This document shows, in pieces, positions 48,154 through 57,196 of a stretch of 64,000 nucleotides of DNA (position 1 is its first letter; each line of letters starts with the position of its first letter). Both the position numbers and the translations under genes were made by a program. The DNA comes from a virus (taxonomy: Duplodnaviria; Caudoviricetes), in IMG/VR virus record IMGVR_UViG_3300028797_000014, positions 1,951 to 65,950 of that record; one strand, written 5' to 3'. The notes beneath the pieces are model-generated. The model searched no databases and was not told the origin of the DNA. It saw only the letters and a list, made by a program, of their open reading frames with translations.

Positions 48154-48872
48154 TATTGAATTTTCAAGGCGTATCTTTGAAGGAGCCTGACGTACTACTC
48201 GGGTATGGCAGCCAATTGCCCCCATATACTTTGCAGCTACTTTATCAGGACTACAACACTCCGCCGTTCGCTAAAGGAACGGCCGTTCAAGTAAGCCAGT
48301 TCCCTAATATCTGGAATCTGACATACGAGAACAGTGACTGGACGAGGTTATTGGCCTTCCACGACGGATTGTTGGCGGTGCTTAACGTAAACTCTACCGG
48401 CGTGACAAATATGCAAGGTATGTTTATGGACTGTAAAAAGATGAAATTCACGGTCCCGTTCGATACAAGTACGGTAACCAATATGGCTGAAATGTTCCAG
48501 GTGTGCAATTCGTTAAAGTCGGTTCCCCTGTTCAATACGAGTGCGGTGACCGATATGCAACACATGTTACAGTTATGTACCAGTTTGAAGGCCGTGCCAT
48601 TGTTCGATACTAGTAACGTAACAGATATGCACTATATGTTCGACCAGGCAGCAATAGAGGTTATACCGTTATTCAATACCAGCAAAGTCGTAAATACGAT
48701 AGGGATGTTCGGTCGTGCAATTTATGTAACCACCGGTGCATTGGCTTTATACCAGCAGCTTTCTACTCAAACTACGCCGCCGTTGTATTATTCCGATACT
48801 TTCGAAATATGTGGCTATGCTACAGAACAGGGCAGGGCTGAACTCGCACAAATACCGGACGACTGGAAATAG
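48150..48872 (+). CDS. DUF285/BspA-like surface-repeat protein
   Basis: PLF.TS.VT.M..MF repeats. Confidence 0.8.
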   Translation: MILNFQGVSLKEPDVLLGYGSQLPPYTLQLLYQDYNTPPFAKGTAVQVSQFPNIWNLTYENSDWTRLLAFHDGLLAVLNVNSTGVTNMQGMFMDCKKMKFTVPFDTSTVTNMAEMFQVCNSLKSVPLFNTSAVTDMQHMLQLCTSLKAVPLFDTSNVTDMHYMFDQAAIEVIPLFNTSKVVNTIGMFGRAIYVTTGALALYQQLSTQTTPPLYYSDTFEICGYATEQGRAELAQIPDDWK

Positions 48873-48880
48873 GAGTTTAT

Positions 48881-50035
48881 ATGATACTTGCCAAGAGCAA
48901 TACTTTATTGAAAAAAAGCGGGACTTTACTCGGCATGACCGACAGGCTGCCTCCTAAGACCCTGCGTGCCCTGTTCATAGACGACACTGTCCCTACTTCT
49001 CCAGATGGTACATGGACGCAGGTAAGCATATCGCCCAATATATGGGACTTCCACAGGGATTCGGATGACTGGGGTGTTTACCATCCTAATACCGAAGGTG
49101 CGACGAGTGTCCTCGACCGCCACTGGTATGCCGATAGCGGATTCTTTTTGGCAAGAATGTTAAAGGTCATAGCGTTCAATTCCACGGGCATTACAAATAT
49201 GGGTAATTTGTTTACCCATGCATGGAGTCTTACCGAGCTTCCGAGCACAATAGATACCTCCAGCCTACGTAATATGGACTATATGTTCAGAGAATGCCTC
49301 GCCCTGCAAGAAATACCTATAATGGACACTTCCAACGTAGAAACTATGCAAGGTACTTTCGCTTCATGTTGGGCAATTACAAGATTACCTTACATGGATA
49401 CGACGAAAGTAACGAACATGAACGAAATGTGTTTAGGTTGTGATAAATTGGTTTATTTCCCGCAGCTGATTACGTCAAATGTTGTTAGCTTTAAAGATAC
49501 GTTCCGTGAATGCTCAGCGTTAACCGATTTACCGACTATCGATACGGTGAGTGCTTTTACGACACAGGGTATGTTTTATGATTGTCTTTTGCTCGAGGAT
49601 GTAAACTTGACAGATACTTCAAATGTAGTCAACATGGACTCTATGTTCGCTGGTTGCAGCGCAATGACAGCTGGTCCGTCGATGAATACTTCTAACGTTA
49701 CGAGTATGAATGCTATTTTCATTAACTGCAGTGCAATGAGTTATATTCCGACATACGACACCAGTAAGGTAACAGATATGCGCAATATGCTCCGCGGTTG
49801 CGGAGTAGAAGTAATTCCGTCGTTTAGCGCGGATTCAGTAACGAACGTCGTCGGGTTCGCACAGAATGCCACTAAGGTAAAATCCGGTGCTTTGGTCATG
49901 TATAACAAGTTCTCGTCGAAGAACCCGTTGCCGACATACGACAATACCGTATTCATGAATTGCGGCTCCGATACAGTAGAGGGTGCAGCAGAGCTCGCCC
50001 AGATACCAGAAAGTTGGGGCGGAACGCAAGCATAA
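48881..50035 (+). CDS. DUF285/BspA-like surface-repeat protein
   Basis: P.MDTS.VT.M..MF..C repeats (about 10). Confidence 0.8.
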   Translation: MILAKSNTLLKKSGTLLGMTDRLPPKTLRALFIDDTVPTSPDGTWTQVSISPNIWDFHRDSDDWGVYHPNTEGATSVLDRHWYADSGFFLARMLKVIAFNSTGITNMGNLFTHAWSLTELPSTIDTSSLRNMDYMFRECLALQEIPIMDTSNVETMQGTFASCWAITRLPYMDTTKVTNMNEMCLGCDKLVYFPQLITSNVVSFKDTFRECSALTDLPTIDTVSAFTTQGMFYDCLLLEDVNLTDTSNVVNMDSMFAGCSAMTAGPSMNTSNVTSMNAIFINCSAMSYIPTYDTSKVTDMRNMLRGCGVEVIPSFSADSVTNVVGFAQNATKVKSGALVMYNKFSSKNPLPTYDNTVFMNCGSDTVEGAAELAQIPESWGGTQA

Positions 50036-50038
50036 ATA
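50031..50038 (+). promoter_or_regulatory. CATAAATA late promoter variant
   Basis: One mismatch to TATAAATA, upstream of ATG 50053. Confidence 0.6.
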
Positions 50039-50052
50039 TATGAGAGGTTAAG

Positions 50053-52017
50053 ATGGCTTTAATTTCCAATTCTCATACGATTTTAAGGGGTCTCAACGGC
50101 AACGCGCCGGTTGGCGACATGTTTACTTCTGGTCTCGAATATTCCGGCAGCGTAATTACCGGTTATTCCGGCTCGGCTATCGGCGCAAGTTCCCAGGACT
50201 ATTCCGCGGGTGCCAATATCGACATTACCGACCACGTTATCTCCGTGACCGGCATCCCTCCAATCGACGTAGAGGCTCCCCTTTACATCGTTTCAGATAC
50301 CCCTACTGGAAAGATTATCGGTTTCTCCGGTAGTCTGACGTCCAATATCAACGTAATCAACAGCACGCCCAATTTCGTTTCCGGTAGTTACGCTTCCGGC
50401 GACTTGACTCTTTCCGGTAAGGACTGGGAGAGCGATATCATGGGCGCTACCGCAAACGCCGCATACGTCGCTTCTGGACTCGCGATCGAATGGGTGGAGC
50501 AACAGGGCTATTTGACCGCAGAACAAGACCTGGCATACGTTTCTGCGCGAGTGGATGCGAATTCTGCCGACATACTTGACCTTTCCGGCAAGATTAAGGA
50601 CTATGATGTCGTCGGTGGTGCCAACGCTACGGTAACTACGGCTACTGCTCTAGGTTCTACCACCTTCACGGTTAACTCAAAGGACTGGACCAACGATATC
50701 ACAGGGGCGTCTGCGAACGCAGCTTCCGTGGCTTCCGCAGCCGCTACCGCATGGACTGACGCTCAGGGGTATCTGACAGCGGTTCCTACCGGTTCCGGTT
50801 CCCTTACGACCGTAAACAACATTACCCCTAACCTCGTTTCTGCTGGTATATCTGGAGACACCCTCAATCTTTCCGGTCGTGACTGGATGAACCAGATTAC
50901 GGCAGCTTCCGGCGCCGCTGTGACGTCCGCCAAGAATTATACTGACAGCCGCGATTACATCGGGATTACTCCGGTCCTGGTAAACAATACCTCAAGGACC
51001 ATCGGCGTGTCCGCGTATGATGTTTCCGGCATAGGCATAAACATTACCAAGGACGATGTGCACAGTGCCGTAATCTTCAGTGCAAATTCAGCAGGCAAGG
51101 AATATACGGGTATCTCTCCGGTCATGGTGGATAATACGGCCGATACTATCGGTGTGTCCGCGTATGAAATTTCAGGTATCAATATCGACATTACGAAGGA
51201 CGACGTAAACAGCGCCATTATCTTCAGCGCGGCCTCTGCAGCTCCCGCATTTAATGTACAGGTTAACGGCGATACGATAGATTACTCCGCCGCTTCTGCC
51301 ATGAAGATGAACGTCTATAACGGGGGCGGAAGGACTGCCGCCAGCGCGTGGGGCTACCTCGACTCCATTACGCTTTATCCGGAAGGCGGCTCTACTTCGT
51401 ACGGAAAGACCACTTTCTCTCTTCCGGACGAATACGGATTCAGCGGACTTCTCTGCCGCAACGGTAACCAGTACAAGTATATCCCGTACCCGTTCGAAAG
51501 CGCCTATCACACTTCTACGTCCGGTCTCGAAATGACAGGTACCGACACGAAGCGTACTTACTTCATGGCCGGTCCCGATACGAAGTTCTCTATTCCTGTT
51601 CCGAAGCATACGACCATCGAGCTGCATTACCAGGGCATGATGGACGTCGGCAACATCAACTACGACACCATCATGGGATTCGAGTTCACGAACAGCTTCA
51701 GCACGGCTGATACCGGTTCCAGCTACATCATGGCCACGGCCGAAATTATCCTGCCTACCATAAGGGAAGTGGCTAATGCGGCCTCTCTCGGCGATACGTA
51801 CAACGCGTATACATCCATTGACGCGCCTTATTACCGCAGGACATACAGCACTTACATGAGGTACGACAACACTAGCAACTACGACCAGTCACTTTACATG
51901 CGCGTTGCCCCGACCATCATGGGCACCCAGGGATGGAATACCGCTTCCTGGCTCAAGATCGGTCAGCCTCAGCCGTATGACAACATCTACTACAAGTTAA
52001 TCCCGGACTTAGACTAA
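50053..52017 (+). CDS. Tail fibre/appendage protein
   Basis: YSAGANIDITDHVISVTG and Y.GI.PV.V.N repeats shared with other fibre genes. Confidence 0.6.
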   Translation: MALISNSHTILRGLNGNAPVGDMFTSGLEYSGSVITGYSGSAIGASSQDYSAGANIDITDHVISVTGIPPIDVEAPLYIVSDTPTGKIIGFSGSLTSNINVINSTPNFVSGSYASGDLTLSGKDWESDIMGATANAAYVASGLAIEWVEQQGYLTAEQDLAYVSARVDANSADILDLSGKIKDYDVVGGANATVTTATALGSTTFTVNSKDWTNDITGASANAASVASAAATAWTDAQGYLTAVPTGSGSLTTVNNITPNLVSAGISGDTLNLSGRDWMNQITAASGAAVTSAKNYTDSRDYIGITPVLVNNTSRTIGVSAYDVSGIGINITKDDVHSAVIFSANSAGKEYTGISPVMVDNTADTIGVSAYEISGINIDITKDDVNSAIIFSAASAAPAFNVQVNGDTIDYSAASAMKMNVYNGGGRTAASAWGYLDSITLYPEGGSTSYGKTTFSLPDEYGFSGLLCRNGNQYKYIPYPFESAYHTSTSGLEMTGTDTKRTYFMAGPDTKFSIPVPKHTTIELHYQGMMDVGNINYDTIMGFEFTNSFSTADTGSSYIMATAEIILPTIREVANAASLGDTYNAYTSIDAPYYRRTYSTYMRYDNTSNYDQSLYMRVAPTIMGTQGWNTASWLKIGQPQPYDNIYYKLIPDLD

Positions 52018-52038
52018 GCTATATTTACCAATAAGAAT

Positions 52039-52069
52039 AACCGTCGTGCAAATTGTGCGGCGGTTTCTT
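52039..52069 (+). terminator. Intrinsic terminator
   Basis: AACCGTCGTGCA-AAT-TGTGCGGCGGTT-TCTT with G-U pairs. Confidence 0.65.
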
Positions 52070-52073
52070 GTTC

Positions 52074-52081
52074 TATAAATA
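52074..52081 (+). promoter_or_regulatory. TATAAATA late promoter (terminase operon)
   Basis: Exact consensus directly after the terminator. Confidence 0.8.
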
Positions 52082-52126
52082 TAGAGAATACAAAAGCGAA
52101 TTGGGCGAGACCCCAACAGGACATTT

Positions 52127-52267
52127 ATGGCAACAAAGAAGACAACGAAAGATGTTCCTGTTCAGAAGATTACTGAGCAGGATTTAAATTATACGGACGT
52201 GCTTAAGGCTATCTTGCACGAGCTTAAGGAACTGAACCGCAGGATTTCATGCATGACGGGGGTGTAA
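52127..52267 (+). CDS. Small MATKK protein, 46 aa (not in ORF track)
   Basis: MATKKTTKDVPVQKITEQDLNYTDVLKAILHELKELNRRISCMTGV; paralog of 3696..3893. Confidence 0.7.
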   Translation: MATKKTTKDVPVQKITEQDLNYTDVLKAILHELKELNRRISCMTGV

Positions 52268-52268
52268 C

Positions 52269-52844
52269 ATGGGACACGCTACGGACCTTAGCAGGCAGAG
52301 GATGAGGAAGAGGATTGCGCAAATGCAGTTCCTCCTGGACAACTTTACCAAGCCCGTAATCACAGAGGGCGGTTTCCACGAGATGGACGTCGAAGAGAAC
52401 GGTTACTGTCCGACAGGCATAACGATGGCCATAATAAACTACTATTCCCACACGAAGGAATACAATTACACCACCATCAGTTCTTTCATGGCCAAGATAC
52501 AGAACTACCTGCCGACGGAACTGAGGATAACGACCGCGAAGTGCCAGAGGAAGGACAGAAGAGAGAGCCCTCTCTGGAATCCCAGGAACATCAACGCCAC
52601 TAAACCGGACGACATAGGAGAGGAGACCAAGGAATACCTCGACCTCATGATTGACTGGTTAAACAACATGCGTTCTGCATGCCTCAACGACCTCACGTTC
52701 AGCTATTACATGCAGGGCAAGCCCCAGTACATCGAGATAATGAAGAGAAGGTGGAAGGACTCCTATTCCGAGAAGATAGAGCAGGACGTCGCGGCAAATG
52801 TCAATAACGATACGCAGATTAATCTCATCATAGAAGAAGTATAA
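52269..52844 (+). CDS. terS: Putative terminase small subunit, module 2
   Basis: Precedes TerL; C-terminal similarity to 3890..4300. Confidence 0.6.
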   Translation: MGHATDLSRQRMRKRIAQMQFLLDNFTKPVITEGGFHEMDVEENGYCPTGITMAIINYYSHTKEYNYTTISSFMAKIQNYLPTELRITTAKCQRKDRRESPLWNPRNINATKPDDIGEETKEYLDLMIDWLNNMRSACLNDLTFSYYMQGKPQYIEIMKRRWKDSYSEKIEQDVAANVNNDTQINLIIEEV

Positions 52845-54104
52845 TGAATTTACACTACAAACTATTCAAACATCAGAAGGAGTTGCTGGCCTGCCAGGAG
52901 AACCTAGTGTATCTCCGCGCGGGCCGATGAAAGCGGATCGGGGAAATCATATATCGCCTCGCTGATGGCCGTTATTTCCCTCCTGCAGGGAAAGAGGGTA
53001 ATTTGTCTGGGTCAGAACTTCAAGGCCGTATCCGAAGTACTCATGCAGGAATGCATAAACAGGCTTTACGAGATACTGAAACCCGAGGAATTCCAGATCC
53101 ATCGCGGACTGATGAAGATTACATACAAGACGGGGACAATTTACTTTGCTTCTTATGAGACTCCTGACTCTATCCGTGGTTATACGGAAATTTCTCTGGC
53201 CATCCTAGACGAGGCGGCTCTTGCTGACCCCGAAATTATGACTATCCTTCCTTTCTGTATGCGCGGTAAAGGCATTGTTCCCAAGCTCGTTATGATTTCT
53301 ACTCCTAGAGGACAGAACTGGCTCACCAGATTCGTGAAGGAGAACCATGTCCACTTGATTACAGCTACGACGAAGGACAACAAGTTCATCACGGAAGAGC
53401 AGATTGCCCTCATGAGGAAGTCCTGCGTTTCCGAGACTGCGTGGCGAAGGGAATATTTTGGCGAAGAATGCGAAGACGTGGACAACGGAACCATCTTCAC
53501 GGAGGACATGTTCGAAGCAGCTCCCAAGAACGGCACGACTATTACTATCGGTTGCGATCCATCTGGCTTCGGTAAGGACTCACACGTGCTTGTATTGAGG
53601 AGAGGTAACACTATCGAGAAATACCATAAGGCCCAGGTAGCCTCAGCGAAGGATCTTTACAATGTTATAAAGGCATGGGTTCACGAATACGGAGCCTCTC
53701 ACCTTTCCGCGATAAACATAGACGCCGCTTACGGTATTCCTTTGTATGAACTGCTCATGGAAACTGATTTGGCCCCGTTCGTGAACATGGTATCTTTCGG
53801 CGGGAGCGCGGATGAACCCAGTTATGCCAATTTGAGGGCCCAGATTTACATGAAGACTAAGCAGTACATAGACGAGCACGGTCTGAACGGTGTGGACGAG
53901 ACGGCTATTCACGAATTCATGTCCACGAAGTACCTCCTGAACGCCAGGGACAAGATTCAGCTTATTCCGAAGGAGGATATAAAGCTCGCTATTGGCCGTT
54001 CTCCCGATACCGCAGACAGTATTGCGCTCACTTTCTTCACGAATGACGTGCCTAGGGGTATAATAAAGGAAAGGCGTGCAAGACAGACCCAATATTTAGG
54101 TTAG
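52844..54104 (+). pseudogene. terL: Terminase large subunit (module 2), interrupted in Walker A by a stop and +1 frame change
   Basis: ATG 52844 gives ...YLRAGR then TGA at 52928; GSGKS resumes at 52935 in frame with ORF 52965..54104, which carries Walker B LDEAA and the nuclease motifs. Confidence 0.8.
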
Positions 54105-54113
54105 GAATTCATT

Positions 54114-54121
54114 TATAAATA
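54114..54121 (+). promoter_or_regulatory. TATAAATA late promoter (scaffold/capsid)
   Basis: Exact consensus, intergenic. Confidence 0.8.
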
Positions 54122-54169
54122 TTAACGTACGGCAATAAGGCGCCATAAGACCTTACAGGAAACACAAAT

Positions 54170-55021
54170 ATGATTGATGAAGTCGATATCTCTGAAGAAT
54201 CGAATGGTGAAGCTGAAAGCCAGGAAGTTCAACAGAATGAGACCCCGGCGGAAACCGCTGCCCCTCAGCAAGGTGCGGAAAATCCCGAAAGTAATGTGTC
54301 GGAAACGGGTAACGATGGTAAGCGCGAATATACTCCGGAAGAACGAGCTGCGTATTCCTTCAGGAAACAGATGAGGAAGAAGCAGGAGAAGTTCGACGCG
54401 AAGTATGGTGAGTTGCAGACGAACTATAACAAGCTGTTGGAACGTTTGGAACGTCTCGAGAATCCTGATAAGTATCAGCCTCTCAATAGACAGCAATTCC
54501 AGACAGACGACGACTTTATTAACGCTTTGGTCGAAGAGAAGTTCAAGAGCGTATGGGACAGCCGAATGGCCGAATACCAGAAGTTCTATGACGAGAAGAC
54601 CAAGCAAGAGCAGGAACTGAACACCTATCGTTCCAAGCAGGACGAGAATGTCAAGAAGCTGTTCAAGACTCCGGAAGCGGAGAAACAGTATCGAGACATC
54701 GTCGGACAGGCCTTGGCAAACGGCATGGGTGAAATGATCGACCAGGACAAGGAATTGTCCAATTACATCATGCGCAGTGACGTTGCTCCGAAACTGTTAT
54801 ATAACTTTGCAATGAATCCTGGTTTGCTCGAAGAGTTGTTCGCGGAAGGCAAGACCGAAATGGACAGACAGTTCATGATCAGGCAGATGGAACAAGACGT
54901 TAGAAAGGAAATTGCTCCGAAGCCGCCGATTATCGGTAAGCCTGGTATTCAACAGGAAACAACAAAGGGATCGATATTCGATTCGGACGATTCGATTCTT
55001 AATTACCTCCGAACACATTAA
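54170..55021 (+). CDS. Capsid scaffolding protein, module 2
   Basis: Acidic N-terminus and coiled coil before the coat gene. Confidence 0.75.
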   Translation: MIDEVDISEESNGEAESQEVQQNETPAETAAPQQGAENPESNVSETGNDGKREYTPEERAAYSFRKQMRKKQEKFDAKYGELQTNYNKLLERLERLENPDKYQPLNRQQFQTDDDFINALVEEKFKSVWDSRMAEYQKFYDEKTKQEQELNTYRSKQDENVKKLFKTPEAEKQYRDIVGQALANGMGEMIDQDKELSNYIMRSDVAPKLLYNFAMNPGLLEELFAEGKTEMDRQFMIRQMEQDVRKEIAPKPPIIGKPGIQQETTKGSIFDSDDSILNYLRTH

Positions 55022-55039
55022 ACATAAGGATTTAACATT

Positions 55040-56212
55040 ATGGCAGATAAAGTATTAGGAAATGATTTTTCCAACAACAAGAAAGTCAAGCTCATCGCTG
55101 GCGAAGTTTATGATAACCTCCCGTACCTGAAGAAGGCTCACAGCTACATGACCCAGGGTGAACTGGAAGGGAAGAAATACGGAAAATCCTACACGGTGTA
55201 CATCCCTGACCCGGGTGAAGTCAATGACGGTCTCGAAGCCAAACCAGATGGCGCTAACGAAGTCGAAGTCGACGTGACCCTCCAGAACAAGAACACTTCC
55301 GTTGAACTTGATTCTTGGTCCCGTCTGACTGATATTGAATCTTTCAGAAATGAAATTTCTCGTCCTCGCGCGGTCAAGCTCGCTCGTGCCGTTGAAAAGG
55401 ACGCTATCGACCAGACCATCAACAAGGCCTTCCAGATTGTCGAAGGTTCCGCCAACTTCAAGACCCTTACGGACATGTCCAAGGCTCTTGACGAAGTCGG
55501 CGTAGCTGGTACCAAGGTATCGTTCATCAAGCCGTCCGTGGCTGGTACAATCGCAGCTGGCGGTCTCGCTAACTTCATCCCGAACGAAATCCAGTCCAAG
55601 ATTTATAAGGACGCGTATCTCGGTCAGTATGCCGGTGCCTCCGTTATCGAAGAAAGCCTCATGCCGGTCGTGAACATTGCCGGTACAGAAACCGCTGCTA
55701 TGGCTGTTACTGCTATCACTGCTCAGGATGGTACCGCCACAATTACTGCCGGTTACGATGTCGCTTTCACCGCTGCTCCGGGTGTTCCGTTCAAGGTTAA
55801 CGCCAAGATTGTCGGTGTCGACGGTATGGAAACTGATCAGGACCTCTTCATCATCGCTGATAAGGATGGTAAGGTTCCTGCTGTTCGCTTCGCTGTCGAA
55901 GGTCACAACATCAACAACGCTAACGCATGGGTTCCGACTGGTTACACCACTGCTGCTCCTACTTTGGCTGTAGCTTCTGGTAAGTATGCCCTCGGCCAGT
56001 GCCGTACTGAAGACGCCGTTGGTTTCGACAAGTACACGTTCGCTGATCTTCCGGGCTCTGAGAACGTTACTGAAACTGTCAACAACGTGTCCATCAAGAT
56101 GTCGACCTATGGCGATGGCAAGTACATGACAAGTCTTACCAGACTTGATCTGCCGTACGCTGTCTGTTTGCCGGATCCGCGTAACGCAGTCGTAGGTTAC
56201 TTTAAGCTCTAA
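55040..56212 (+). CDS. Major capsid protein (P22 coat-like), module 2
   Basis: 390 aa, GKKYGKSYTVYIP, biased codons, RLDLPYAV...PR C-terminus. Confidence 0.85.
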   Translation: MADKVLGNDFSNNKKVKLIAGEVYDNLPYLKKAHSYMTQGELEGKKYGKSYTVYIPDPGEVNDGLEAKPDGANEVEVDVTLQNKNTSVELDSWSRLTDIESFRNEISRPRAVKLARAVEKDAIDQTINKAFQIVEGSANFKTLTDMSKALDEVGVAGTKVSFIKPSVAGTIAAGGLANFIPNEIQSKIYKDAYLGQYAGASVIEESLMPVVNIAGTETAAMAVTAITAQDGTATITAGYDVAFTAAPGVPFKVNAKIVGVDGMETDQDLFIIADKDGKVPAVRFAVEGHNINNANAWVPTGYTTAAPTLAVASGKYALGQCRTEDAVGFDKYTFADLPGSENVTETVNNVSIKMSTYGDGKYMTSLTRLDLPYAVCLPDPRNAVVGYFKL

Positions 56213-56233
56213 TCTTATTGGAATAACGATATA

Positions 56234-56272
56234 AACGAAAGGCCAAGGTGAAATACCCCTGGTCTTTTCGTT
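56234..56272 (+). terminator. Intrinsic terminator after the capsid gene
   Basis: AACGAAAGGCCAAGG...CCCTGGTCTTTTCGTT. Confidence 0.7.
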
Positions 56273-56273
56273 A

Positions 56274-56281
56274 TATAAATA
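56274..56281 (+). promoter_or_regulatory. TATAAATA late promoter (adaptor/hub)
   Basis: TATAAATATAAGAGAA. Confidence 0.8.
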
Positions 56282-56308
56282 TAAGAGAAATTATTTAAAG
56301 GATTTACC

Positions 56309-57193
56309 ATGCAAACAGTTAACGCATTAATAAATTCTGCTTTCCAAAGGTGCTCTCTTGTCGGAGATTCCCAGGCCGCTACCGGAAGCCAGGCCATGAA
56401 TGCACTCCATGATTTGCAAAGCGTTATTTCGGAACTTTGCGGACAGGACCTTATCCTTTCAGACGTCGAGACGGTGGACATTATCAAGGGTCTCAAGATT
56501 AAGATTATGGCCGAACTCCCGGAGAACTGGTCAGAAGTAGACGAGCTTCCGTACGGAAGTATGCCAGGTCAGGTATGTAAATTGAAGACCGACGGAAAGG
56601 TCTACGCGTGGGAACGTTCCGACCCAGATGACCCTTCTACTCTGACATGGCAATTGCGCGAAGACATCGTATGGCCGGACCTCCTTATCAATCCGCTCCC
56701 GGACAGGATAGTTACGATGGCCAGGAAGGTCGGCGAAAGATACGTACAGCTGTATCCTGCTCAGAGACAAGTTCTCGATGCCAAGACCAAACGTGGTCTT
56801 CCGACATTCTTCGCATGCGAAACGGAACTTGAAACAGTATCGGTCAACGGTACGAAGACGACATTCGAAGTATTCTATATCGAGCTCGATTCCATGCTGA
56901 CCCTTCCGCTCCGTATCACTTACCTAAAGTCTATTCCTCAGTACAAGTTAAACGACAAACTTTACTTCAACGAGAAGATTCTGTCCATCCTCGAAGACGG
57001 GTTATGCTCGAAGCTTTGTCTCAGATACAAGCTCCTGGAAATCAAGCCGTATTTCGACGAGGAATTCGCGAATGCGGTAAGACTCCTCAAGAGAGTCAAC
57101 CAGGCTAACAGGCCGATGACTTACTCTAATATCGAGGGCGGAAGTTATAGGGACAGTTTCTTCGATGCGTTCAGCCCGCTTGAATGGGGTTAA
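56309..57193 (+). CDS. Head-tail adaptor (P22 gp4-like), module 2
   Basis: TVNALINSAFQR.SLVG....ATG...AL..L pattern. Confidence 0.7.
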   Translation: MQTVNALINSAFQRCSLVGDSQAATGSQAMNALHDLQSVISELCGQDLILSDVETVDIIKGLKIKIMAELPENWSEVDELPYGSMPGQVCKLKTDGKVYAWERSDPDDPSTLTWQLREDIVWPDLLINPLPDRIVTMARKVGERYVQLYPAQRQVLDAKTKRGLPTFFACETELETVSVNGTKTTFEVFYIELDSMLTLPLRITYLKSIPQYKLNDKLYFNEKILSILEDGLCSKLCLRYKLLEIKPYFDEEFANAVRLLKRVNQANRPMTYSNIEGGSYRDSFFDAFSPLEWG

Positions 57194-57196
57194 TAG

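Noticed and set aside
43450-52017. Diversity-generating retroelement acting on tail genes
   Set aside because: No reverse transcriptase and no template/variable repeat pair differing only at adenines were seen.
52928-52934. Group I micro-intron, hammerhead or T4 gene 60-style hop explaining the terL break
   Set aside because: The insert is too short for a ribozyme; removals obeying the U|...G| rule do not restore an open frame; no matched take-off and landing codon exists in the needed frame.
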